In this document: positions 1 to 9,020 of the stretch, piece by piece
How the letters are laid out: each line of letters starts with the position of its first letter
Numbering within the stretch: the first letter of the stretch is position 1
Made by a program: the position numbers and the translations under genes
Source of the DNA: Planctomycetota bacterium
GTDB taxonomy: Bacteria; Planctomycetota; UBA1135; GCA-002686595
Length of the DNA stretch: 24,000 nucleotides
Direction of reading: 5' to 3'
NCBI GenBank assembly: GCA_039821985.1
Contig: JBCBNC010000003.1
Location: 71,219 to 95,218 of the forward strand
The notes under the pieces: model-generated
Databases searched by the model: none
What the model saw: the letters and a program-made list of their open reading frames with translations, nothing else
Told to the model about the DNA's origin: nothing

Positions 1-238
1 CACGGGTCGCAGTCGGGAGGCGGCTCCGCGCATCTCGACGCCGATCTGCTCCGGACCGGGCCACTCAGGGCCTATTCCGCGCGTCGCACACGCTGGGTGC
101 GCAGGCATGCGACCGCCCACCGGACGGCCCGTCGGCCGCGGCAGCACCCGCAGCACACGCCGCACCGCTCTTCAACGACGGAGCCGCCGCGCTCCCTCCC
201 GCACCGTAGGCGGTCGGAGAGCGCGGCGGCCCAGTGGT

Positions 239-286
239 GCCCCTCGGCTCCGAGGGGCTCCGTCGTGCGGCCCGCTCAGGGGCCGC
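239..286 (-). terminator. Two tandem GC-rich stem-loops just downstream of the boxB stop (possible intrinsic terminator, no clear U-tract)
   Basis: Plus-strand gcccctcg-gctc-cgaggggc (about 239-258) and gcggccc-gctcag-gggccgc (about 267-286). Both lie within 60 nt of the boxB stop at 294-296, and no convincing ORF follows. Confidence 0.3.
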
Positions 287-293
287 GCATCGA

Positions 294-1712
<1,419 letters not shown>

Positions 1713-1765
1713 GGTTCGTCTTCGTACCTGGTTCTGGTTTCGATCGGGTCCGTACGTGGGAGAGC

Positions 1766-3451
1766 TCAGGTCCGCTCGACGCTGAACTCGGGGCGGTTGG
1801 GTGTGCCGTAGCAACTGAGCGCTCCGCGCTCACCAACCGCGTTCGGCCGCTGGAAGATCCAGTTCTGCCAGGCCGTCAGACGGCCAAAAATCTTGGTCTC
1901 CATCGTCTCCGGGCCGGCGAAGCGGAGGTTCGCCTCCATGCCGGTCAGAGCGTCGGGGGAGAAGCTCGCGCGCTCTTCGATCGCGAGGCGCAGCTCGTCC
2001 TCCCAGTCGATGTCGTCGGGTGCGAAGGTCGCCAGCCCGAGTTCGTTCGCCTCGTCGGCGGGGATCTGGCGCATGTGCTCGAGCACGCGGGCCACCTGAC
2101 CCGGGTCCTTGAGGAAGCGCGTCTCCAGCCGGGAGATGCCGTTGGACATGGGGAACATGCCCGCGTTCGCCGCGGTCACGCCGACCTCGACGGGGATGTC
2201 CGGGTCGTCGAGCACGTAGACGCGGTCGGAGCTCAGCGCGAGCTCGAGGAAGGTGCCCGTGAAGGACGAGCCCTCGCCGGCGATCGCGTAGAAGCTCTTC
2301 GCCGTGAGATCCATGCGCTTGAGCGTGCGCTTCACGAAGTGCTTGACCTCGTTCACGAACCAGTGGCTCGAGCCTGCGACCAGCCCGTCGGTCGAGCGCA
2401 CGGTCTCTGCGCTGCCCTCGGCGTGCACGAGCACGAGCGCGATGTCGCGCAGGTTCGTGCGCAGGTGCAGGAGCACGTCGTCGAGCTCGCGGAACGCGCG
2501 GAACAGCCACCAGTCGGCGCCTTCCGCGTACGCGTCGGCCTCGGACGTGGGGCACGCGTCCGGCGCGGTGATCGTCACCGTGGCCGTGCGCTGACCCTCG
2601 TCCAGCTCCATCCGCACGTGACGGTACGCCCACGACGAGCCTTCGATCGTGGGCTCGATCGGGTCGAGCGCAACGCCGGTCTCGCCCGAGCGGTCCTCGC
2701 GGGCGTCGGCCGCGGTGCGGGCTTCGCTCGCGACGAGCTCATCCCACTTGGAAAGCGGCGAGATCGCGTCCACGAGATCCCACTCGACCGCGCGCTTGCC
2801 CTTGATGCCCTCGGCGATGCTCGAGAACACGTCGCAGCGGTCCCGGCGGACCATGCGCTTGTCCGTAATCCGCGTAAGGCCACCGGTGCCGGGCAGCACG
2901 CCGAGCAGCGGCACCTCGGGGAACGAGACGGCGCTGTTGCGGTCGTCGACGAGCAGGATGCGGTCGCACGCGAGCGCGAGCTCGTAGCCGCCGCCCGAAG
3001 CGGTCCCGTTCAGCGCCGCGATGAACGTCTTGTTCGAGTTCTCCGACGCGTCCTCGATGCCGAGCCGGGTCTCGTTCGTGAACTTGCAGAAGTTCACCTT
3101 GAACGCGTGCGCGCTGCTGCGAAGCATCACGATGTTCGCGCCCGCGCAGAACACGCGGTCGAGCGCGCCCGTCACGACGACCGAGCGGACGCCGGGATGT
3201 TCGAAGCGCAGCCGCTGGATCGCGTCGCTGAGCTCGATGTCGACCGAGAGGTCGTAGCTGTTCAGCTTCAGCTCGTAGTCGTCGCCGCGCAGGCCGCCGA
3301 ACGGCTCGACGTTCATCGCCAGCTTCGCGACGTCGCCCTCCACCGTCAGCGTCCAGTGCCGGTAGCGGTCCGGATGGGTCTGGAACCGGATCATCCCGTC
3401 CTCGCCGAGGAGCTGGGAGACGTTGTCCGACGCGGGCTGTGTGGCGGTCAC
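1766..3451 (-). CDS. boxC: 2,3-epoxybenzoyl-CoA dihydrolase (benzoyl-CoA-dihydrodiol lyase) BoxC, crotonase superfamily
   Basis: Crotonase-fold motifs are present (RVFCAGANI, SGGGYELALACD, FPEVPLLGVLPGTGGLTR) in a ~560-aa two-lobed protein, with FQTHPDRYRHW near the N-terminus as in BoxC. I set the start at GTG 3451 because third-position GC drops in 3452-3496. ATG 3496 (track ORF start) is the alternative. Confidence 0.9.
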   Translation of the reverse strand: MTATQPASDNVSQLLGEDGMIRFQTHPDRYRHWTLTVEGDVAKLAMNVEPFGGLRGDDYELKLNSYDLSVDIELSDAIQRLRFEHPGVRSVVVTGALDRVFCAGANIVMLRSSAHAFKVNFCKFTNETRLGIEDASENSNKTFIAALNGTASGGGYELALACDRILLVDDRNSAVSFPEVPLLGVLPGTGGLTRITDKRMVRRDRCDVFSSIAEGIKGKRAVEWDLVDAISPLSKWDELVASEARTAADAREDRSGETGVALDPIEPTIEGSSWAYRHVRMELDEGQRTATVTITAPDACPTSEADAYAEGADWWLFRAFRELDDVLLHLRTNLRDIALVLVHAEGSAETVRSTDGLVAGSSHWFVNEVKHFVKRTLKRMDLTAKSFYAIAGEGSSFTGTFLELALSSDRVYVLDDPDIPVEVGVTAANAGMFPMSNGISRLETRFLKDPGQVARVLEHMRQIPADEANELGLATFAPDDIDWEDELRLAIEERASFSPDALTGMEANLRFAGPETMETKIFGRLTAWQNWIFQRPNAVGERGALSCYGTPNRPEFSVERT

Positions 3452-3524
3452 GGTGCTTCGTTCTGGGCTGGGGGGGCGCGGAGCGCGCCCACACATCGTT
3501 CGACGCGTGGGAGCCGATGGACAG

Positions 3525-3596
3525 CGCTCGATGCGAAAAATAGATCGCTCGGTGCGCTGAAGTATGAACTATAGTTTCCATTCAATGGCGACGCAA
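3525..3596. promoter_or_regulatory. Divergent boxC / boxR control region: AT-rich island, 11-bp direct repeats, 10-bp palindrome and a sigma70-like promoter facing boxC
   Basis: This is the only markedly AT-rich stretch in the window.
- Direct repeats CGCTCGATGCG (about 3525-3535) and CGCTCGGTGCG (about 3546-3556) match at 10/11 positions and are 21 bp apart.
- Perfect palindrome AACTATAGTT at 3567-3576 gives TATAGT on both strands.
- On the minus strand, TTGCGT (3596-3591) - 17 nt - TATAGT (3573-3568). Confidence 0.45.
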
Positions 3597-4352
3597 GACC
3601 GCTCCCTCCTCCGTGAACTCGGCGCGCGCATCCGCGGGCAGCGGGAGATCCTGCGGATGACGGTGACCGAGCTCGCCGAGCGGAGCGAGCTCTCGCGGCG
3701 CTATGTCACGGAGGCGGAGGCCGGTCGGGCGAATCTCTCGGTGCTCAAGCTGTCGCAGCTCGCCCGCGCGCTCCGCGTGTCGCTGGCGTCGCTCTGCGAT
3801 CTCCCCTCGACCCAGACGGGAGCGGAGCGGATCGCCCTCGTCGGGCTCCGGGGCGCGGGCAAGACCACCCTCGGGCGCGCCCTCGCCCGCGCTCTCGAGG
3901 TCCCGTTCGTCGAACTGGACGAGCGGATCGAGCGCAGCGCCGGCCTGTCCCTCGCGGCGATCTTCGACCTCGAGGGCGCAGAATCGTACCGGCGCCTCGA
4001 GCGGGAGGCCCTCGAGGAGGTCCTCGCCGAGGGCCAGCGCCAGGTCATCGCCACGGGCGGCTCCATCGTGACGAGCGAGGACACCTACGCGAGGCTCCGC
4101 GGTGCCTGCCGCACGGTGTGGCTGCGCGCCGCGCCCGAGGAGCACCTCCGCCGCGTCCTCGAACAGGGCGACCATCGACCGATCGACGGCCGTCCGCGCG
4201 CGTTCGACGAGCTGTGCGAGCTGCTCGAGCGACGCTCGTCGCTCTACGCGCTCGCGGACGAGGAGGTCCAGACGAGCCAGCGGACCCCGGACGAGGTCCT
4301 CGCCGAGCTCGTCGCGCGGATCGATCCGACCGATCCGACCCCGGTCGGCTGA
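3585..4352 (+). CDS. boxR: BzdR/BoxR-type transcriptional regulator (XRE-family HTH fused to a shikimate-kinase-like effector domain)
   Basis: N-terminal HTH (MTVTELAERSELSRRYVTEAEAGRANLSVLKLSQLARAL) is followed by a P-loop domain (IALVGLRGAGKTTLGRALA ... VIATGGSIV). This is the two-domain architecture of the benzoyl-CoA-responsive repressors BzdR/BoxR. The gene is divergent from boxCB. I prefer ATG 3585; the alternative ATG 3564 sits inside the AT-rich, low-GC3 stretch. Confidence 0.8.
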   Translation: MATQDRSLLRELGARIRGQREILRMTVTELAERSELSRRYVTEAEAGRANLSVLKLSQLARALRVSLASLCDLPSTQTGAERIALVGLRGAGKTTLGRALARALEVPFVELDERIERSAGLSLAAIFDLEGAESYRRLEREALEEVLAEGQRQVIATGGSIVTSEDTYARLRGACRTVWLRAAPEEHLRRVLEQGDHRPIDGRPRAFDELCELLERRSSLYALADEEVQTSQRTPDEVLAELVARIDPTDPTPVG

Positions 4353-4356
4353 CCGG

Positions 4357-5352
4357 TCACCGTCGACGGGATGCGAGCCGCGGCACGACGACCACGAAGT
4401 GCCCCGTGTCGAGGTCCTCGCCGGCGACGTCCGCGCCGAGGTCGTCCGCCTCGAGCATCGACACCACCGCGATGTTGAGGCCCGGCATTCGGCGCCGCAG
4501 TCGTTCGACGGTGCCGAGGCCGAAGTCGCTGTGGAACCGGCCGTTCCAGTGCACCACGGGCGGCGCCCCGTCCCCGCGGCGGCGGAGTGCGTCCGCGATG
4601 CTCTCGGCCATCGTGTCGTCCTTGAGGCACTGCGCCGCGAACACGCGGTCGAGCGCGCCCAGGTCTCCGCCCGGGGCGCCGTGGGACGTCCCGCTCATGA
4701 TCTCGCGGAAGCGTCGCTTGTACTCCCCGTCGCGCGTGTCGACCGACTTCGCCGACCAGACGTCGCCGAGGCCCGCCGCGAGCCCGTCTGCAGCGACCCG
4801 CGAAGCGAGCGGCCGGTAGACGTTCGCCGACACGACCTCGAAGCCGTTGTCGCGCGCGAAGTTGAACGCCGGCTCGTAGTGCTCCGCCCAGTTGCCCCAG
4901 AGCCGCGTGCCCTCGAGGAAGTTCTCCCGGTCGATCGCGCCCGAGAGGTAGAGCGCGACCCGCGGGCGCGCGTCGCGTTCGAGCATCTCCATCGAGAGGA
5001 TGACCTCGCCGCGGCGGCGGGCGATCGCCTCGGTCAGCGCGAGCTGCGCCGCGTGGCCCTCCGTCGAGTTGTGCAGCTCGCCGAGGAAGATCGCGTCCGC
5101 GCTCGCGAGCGCGTCGGCCGCCGCCTCGACCGTGACGCGCTCGTCCGCCGGCGTGCGCCGGATGGAGTAGCGCCCCGAGGAGCCCGGAACGCGTCCCGCG
5201 GGGACGAGTTCGACGGATGTCCGTTCCCCGCCGCGCCTCCCCGCCGGCGGAGCGGAGGCATCGGAGACCAGCGCACGCGGTCCGGTGCACGCGGCCGCGC
5301 CGATGGAGAGAAGGACGACGGCGGCGGTGCGCCGGAGAGCGGGAGCGGTCAT
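4357..5352 (-). CDS. ChaN-family (haem-binding uptake, Tiki-superfamily) lipoprotein
   Basis: Signal peptide with lipobox (VVLLSIGAAAC). IFLGELHNSTEGHAAQLAL motif and overall ChaN/Cofac_haem_bdg-like sequence (Pfam PF04187, ID from memory). Convergent with boxR, with 4 nt between the stops. Confidence 0.7.
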   Translation of the reverse strand: MTAPALRRTAAVVLLSIGAAACTGPRALVSDASAPPAGRRGGERTSVELVPAGRVPGSSGRYSIRRTPADERVTVEAAADALASADAIFLGELHNSTEGHAAQLALTEAIARRRGEVILSMEMLERDARPRVALYLSGAIDRENFLEGTRLWGNWAEHYEPAFNFARDNGFEVVSANVYRPLASRVAADGLAAGLGDVWSAKSVDTRDGEYKRRFREIMSGTSHGAPGGDLGALDRVFAAQCLKDDTMAESIADALRRRGDGAPPVVHWNGRFHSDFGLGTVERLRRRMPGLNIAVVSMLEADDLGADVAGEDLDTGHFVVVVPRLASRRR

Positions 5353-5440
5353 GGCCGGATGATCGCAGATCGCCCGGCCGGATGTCGCGCGTTCGACGGG
5401 AGGCCTCGGCCGGCGGGGTCGATCGCGCCCCGCGGCGCGC

Positions 5441-6367
5441 TCAGCGCACCTGACCGAAGAGTCTCAGATGCCGCCGTGTGACCTCGACCCAGGTCAGGAA
5501 GTCGATCGTGCCGAATTCTTCGTCGATCGCGGGCGGCCCGAGCACCCGCGCGCCGTGGCGCAGGTAGCTCGCGAACAGCTTGGGCACTTCGACCTCCTCG
5601 ACCTCGGTGCCCGGACGAACGGGCCAGTCGAGCAGCGGGCACGCGAGCGCGAGACGCGGCGGCGCGTGGTACTCGGGGTGGACCAGGCCGTCGCGCACGA
5701 GCTTGGCGTAGAGCGCCACGCCCTTCGCGGGGTCGGTGCCGGTGAGCGAGCTGCAGCCGAAGAACGCCTTGACGCCGTTGTGCTGCGCGTAGGCGATGAG
5801 CCCGTGCCAGAGGAGGAACAGGACCGTGCGGTCGCGATGCGCGCGGGCGACGCAGGCCCGGCCGAGCTCGGCCGCGTCCTCCAGGATCTCGGGCGGCAGC
5901 CCGCCGAGCTCGAATTCGCCGGCCGTGTACCAGCCGTGCCCGGTGCGCGCCGATTCGGCCACCTGCATCCGGTACGTGCCGACGACCGCGCCGGACGCGG
6001 CTTCGATCACCATCAGGTGCTGGCACTGGCGGTCGAACGCGTCGGCGTCGAGGCCGGTCTCGTGGGCGCCAGCGAGGCCCTCGCCCATCTCGACGTTGAA
6101 GACGGCATAGCGCAGCCTGCGGACGGACTCGAGGTCGGCGTCCGTCCGGGCGAAGCGCAGCTGGTACTTGCCCAGCGCGACGTCCGTGTCGGGCGCGAGG
6201 TCGAGGCGGTCGAGCAGGGTGCTTCCGCGGGGGGAGTCGTTGGCGGCGGACAAGGTGCGGTGGCGCGGGGTGCCAGTGCTGAGCGGGGAGGGGACGTCGC
6301 TCAGTGCGGGGAAGGGACGAGCCAGTGACGACCGAGTTGATACCCCAGCGCGTGGAGCGCGGCGCAT
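5441..6367 (-). CDS. GNAT-family N-acyltransferase of the OlsB / hemolysin-like N-acyl amino acid synthase type
   Basis: The C-terminal ~245 aa carry YQLRFARTDADLESVRRLRYAVFNVEMGEG, GTYRMQ and ELGRACVARAHR, typical of the OlsB/GlsB/NAS branch (Pfam PF13444, ID from memory). The ATG overlaps the upstream stop (TGATG, shared base 6367). The N-terminal ~60 aa are low complexity, so the true start is uncertain. Confidence 0.8.
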   Translation of the reverse strand: MRRAPRAGVSTRSSLARPFPALSDVPSPLSTGTPRHRTLSAANDSPRGSTLLDRLDLAPDTDVALGKYQLRFARTDADLESVRRLRYAVFNVEMGEGLAGAHETGLDADAFDRQCQHLMVIEAASGAVVGTYRMQVAESARTGHGWYTAGEFELGGLPPEILEDAAELGRACVARAHRDRTVLFLLWHGLIAYAQHNGVKAFFGCSSLTGTDPAKGVALYAKLVRDGLVHPEYHAPPRLALACPLLDWPVRPGTEVEEVEVPKLFASYLRHGARVLGPPAIDEEFGTIDFLTWVEVTRRHLRLFGQVR

Positions 6368-8994
6368 CAAGGTCTGCTCAGGATCTCGTGCGGCAGTTTC
6401 AGGTGCTGGGCCTGACCCTTTCTGTACTTACGGAGTTCCTGGAGGATGCCGAGGAGCCCGACCGTCGGCGCGCCCAAGGCCGCGTTGGCGGCCCCGATGC
6501 GGTACGCGAGGGTCCACTGGGCCCACAGGGTCCGGTACGCGGCGAGGACCGAGAATTTCGGGTCGTAGACGTTCGTCGACTCGGACGTGACCCCGTTCAG
6601 CTCGATGACCCGGAGCCCGACGCCCTCGGCGAATGCCTCCTCGGACGGCGCGATGACGTCGAAGCGCCCGAAGTGGAAGCCCTCGAAGCGCGACGCGATG
6701 CGCTCGACGGCCTCCTCCAGGGCGGGCGTTCTCAGGTGCTCACCGTCGAGGAAGATCGCCCCGCGCGCATGGGTCCCGACCTCGACGAGCCGGCGGACCT
6801 CGCCCTCTGGCAGCACCGCTTCGGCGTCCTGCCCGAGCTCCGCGAGGTAGGCCCCGTGCATTGCGCAGGCGCGCGGGTCGTCGAGCAGGAGCTCCTCGAC
6901 GGTCCGCCGGCCGTCCCCGACGACCTCCGGGAGCTGCTTCACGGTCACGGAGAAGACGCGGCCGCGCTCGGCGCCGGGCTCGCGGACCCAGAACACGCCG
7001 AACTCCGGTCCGTGGACGACCTGCTGCAGGATCGCGTCGTGCTCCAGCTCGCGGGCGTGGCGCACGGCGTCATCGGCGCGGTCGAGGAGCGCCACCCCGC
7101 TGCCGCGCTGACCGGCGTCGGGCTTCAGGACCACGGGCAGGTGCCCGTCGGCGTCGACGAACGCGCGCGCCCGCTCCGCCCGCGCGTCGGGTCCGTCGCT
7201 CGCGCGCAGGAGCGCGAAGTCGGGGATCTCGGGGTGCTCGGGCCCGAGGCCCTCGAGGATCGCGGACTTGGACTCTCCGACGAAGCCGCCGGCGGGCAGC
7301 GCGGGGTTCGCGGCCGTGCACTTCGCGAGGCCGCCGTGCCGGACGCCGAGCCAAGCGACGTGCGGCAGGACGGGCAGGTAGGTGATCCACGGCGGCCAGA
7401 ACTCCCAGCGCGTCAGCCGCAGCCAGCGCCCGCGCAGGATCCGCCGGCCGCGGTGCGTGAACACGAGGGGCAGGTTCCGGTACAGGAGGAGCAGGCCGAG
7501 GACGAGCGCGACGAGCCACGGCAGCTGCCGTGCGCCCAGGCCGCCCAGCGCGTGCGCGAGCTGCTCGCCGGCGAGCGCGGCGATCCCGACGAGCGCCGGA
7601 GTCCAGATCAGGCCCGCGACCGCGAAGAACAGCGCGAAGCGCGCGAAGCTCGTGCGCAGGACGCCCGCCGCGACGTACGTCGGCAGCCGCAGTCCGGGCG
7701 TGAAGCGCGAGAGGAAGATGACCGCGATGCCCTTGCGGTCGAACCAGCGGCTCGCGCGCTCGACCGCCTCCTCCGACGCGATCCACGAGAGCGGACGTCG
7801 GTGCAGCGCGGCGCGGCCGAACGCGCGCCCCAGCAGGTAGAGCAGCATGTCGCCGACGAAGATCCCGACGAAGCACGCGGCGGATCCGGCGACCCACGAC
7901 AGCCGGCCGTCGGCGACGAGCAGCCCCGCGCCGATGCACGCGAGATCCTCCGACACGAGCGTCGCGACCGCGAGGAGCAGCAGCACCGTGAACAGCGCTG
8001 GTCCCTCGAACGGAGGGACCGACGCGGGGTCGAAGGGCTCGTTCGCTCGCGCGAGTCGCTCAGGCGCCGCCGTGGAACGAACCGGCGCGGCGCCTGCGTC
8101 GGCGCGGTCGAGGAACGCGTCGATGTACCCGACGACTTCGGGCGCCTGCTCCCACGGGAGGAAGTGGTGGGCGGGCTCGGGGAGCACGACGAGCTCGGCC
8201 TGCGGCACGATGCGCGCGTGCTCGCGCGCGGCCGCGACGGGGACGAGGAAGTCGCCCTCGCCGTGCAGGACGAGCGCCGGCGGCGCGAACGACTCGAGGA
8301 TCCCGCGCAGCCGCCGCTGGTCCGTGTCGGCGAAGTTGCGCGCGTAGGGGAGCCCGAGGAACGAGCCGTCGAGGCGCCCGAAGTGCGGTACGAGCCAGCG
8401 CGCGGCGCGGAACAGGCCGACCTGGAGGAGGTGCAGGCCGTGGTTGAGCTGATGGTCGCCGAGGAGCTCGAGCTCCTCCACGCCCAGCGCCGCGAGCATC
8501 GTCAGCGACGCGACGCGTTCGGGCGCGGCCGCGTACAGCTCGAGCGCGACGCCGCCGCCCATGCTGAAGCCGACGGCGTGCACGCGCTCGACCTCCAGCG
8601 CGTCGAGCAGCGCGAGCACGTACCCCGCGTGCGCGCGGACCGAGTAGTCCGGGGCCGCGCGCTGCGACGCCCCGAAGCCCGGCAGGTCGACGGTGAGGAC
8701 GCGTCGCTCCTCGGCGAGCGGCCCGCGCAGGGCTCGGAGCTCGGAGCTGCTCCCGGGGCTCCCGTGCAGGAGGAGCACGGCTTCGTTCGCTCCCTCCGGT
8801 CCCTCGTCGAAGTACGCGACGCGCACATCGGCGCCGCCGTCGACCGGAAGGCCGTCGCCCCCGATGGCCGCGACCATGAGCGAGGGGCGGTCCGTGGGCG
8901 CAGGGGGCTCGGCGGGCTCGAGGCCCATCGCGAACCACGACGCGACGAGCGCCGCCGCGTAGGCGAACGCCAGGAGCTTCGCGACGCGTCCCAT
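6367..8994 (-). CDS. 875-aa three-domain fusion: signal-anchored alpha/beta hydrolase + DedA/VTT membrane domain + C-terminal ATP-grasp ligase
   Basis: - **Hydrolase, aa ~60-300:** LLLHGSPG, GFSMGG (Ser144), HGEGD, PAHHF.
- **DedA/VTT, aa ~335-480:** SEDLACIGAG, GDMLLYLLGR, FLSRFTPGLRLPTYVAAG, within hydrophobic helices.
- **ATP-grasp, aa ~565-860:** VVLKPDAGQRGSGV, QQVVHGPEFGV, RVIELNGVTSES.
- **Expression signals:** GAGG lies 6 nt before ATG 8994. The stop overlaps the next ATG. Confidence 0.85.
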   Translation of the reverse strand: MGRVAKLLAFAYAAALVASWFAMGLEPAEPPAPTDRPSLMVAAIGGDGLPVDGGADVRVAYFDEGPEGANEAVLLLHGSPGSSSELRALRGPLAEERRVLTVDLPGFGASQRAAPDYSVRAHAGYVLALLDALEVERVHAVGFSMGGGVALELYAAAPERVASLTMLAALGVEELELLGDHQLNHGLHLLQVGLFRAARWLVPHFGRLDGSFLGLPYARNFADTDQRRLRGILESFAPPALVLHGEGDFLVPVAAAREHARIVPQAELVVLPEPAHHFLPWEQAPEVVGYIDAFLDRADAGAAPVRSTAAPERLARANEPFDPASVPPFEGPALFTVLLLLAVATLVSEDLACIGAGLLVADGRLSWVAGSAACFVGIFVGDMLLYLLGRAFGRAALHRRPLSWIASEEAVERASRWFDRKGIAVIFLSRFTPGLRLPTYVAAGVLRTSFARFALFFAVAGLIWTPALVGIAALAGEQLAHALGGLGARQLPWLVALVLGLLLLYRNLPLVFTHRGRRILRGRWLRLTRWEFWPPWITYLPVLPHVAWLGVRHGGLAKCTAANPALPAGGFVGESKSAILEGLGPEHPEIPDFALLRASDGPDARAERARAFVDADGHLPVVLKPDAGQRGSGVALLDRADDAVRHARELEHDAILQQVVHGPEFGVFWVREPGAERGRVFSVTVKQLPEVVGDGRRTVEELLLDDPRACAMHGAYLAELGQDAEAVLPEGEVRRLVEVGTHARGAIFLDGEHLRTPALEEAVERIASRFEGFHFGRFDVIAPSEEAFAEGVGLRVIELNGVTSESTNVYDPKFSVLAAYRTLWAQWTLAYRIGAANAALGAPTVGLLGILQELRKYRKGQAQHLKLPHEILSRP

Positions 8995-9020
8995 CGGCGG
9001 CCTCGTCGAGCGGGCTCCGA

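Noticed and set aside
1-293. Possible gene fragment at the left edge. Examples are a minus-strand frame from GTG/ATG near 108-165 reading MPAHPACATRGIGPEWPGPEQIGVEMRGAASRLRPV, and a plus-strand frame ending at the TAG near 207-209.
   Set aside because: These frames are short, have poor third-position GC bias for this genome, and show no recognisable motif (in particular no BoxA-like Cys clusters). I cannot support a call.
4322-4339. Tandem 9-bp duplication CGATCCGAC x2 at the 3' end of boxR, encoding DPT-DPT.
   Set aside because: It is a small in-frame slippage-type repeat in a disordered C-terminal tail, with no evident functional implication.
4350-4359. Perfect palindrome TGACCGGTCA formed by the convergent stop codons of boxR and the ChaN gene.
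   Set aside because: It is a curiosity of two facing TGA codons. A 10-bp palindrome with no loop is too short to argue for a terminator or binding site on its own.
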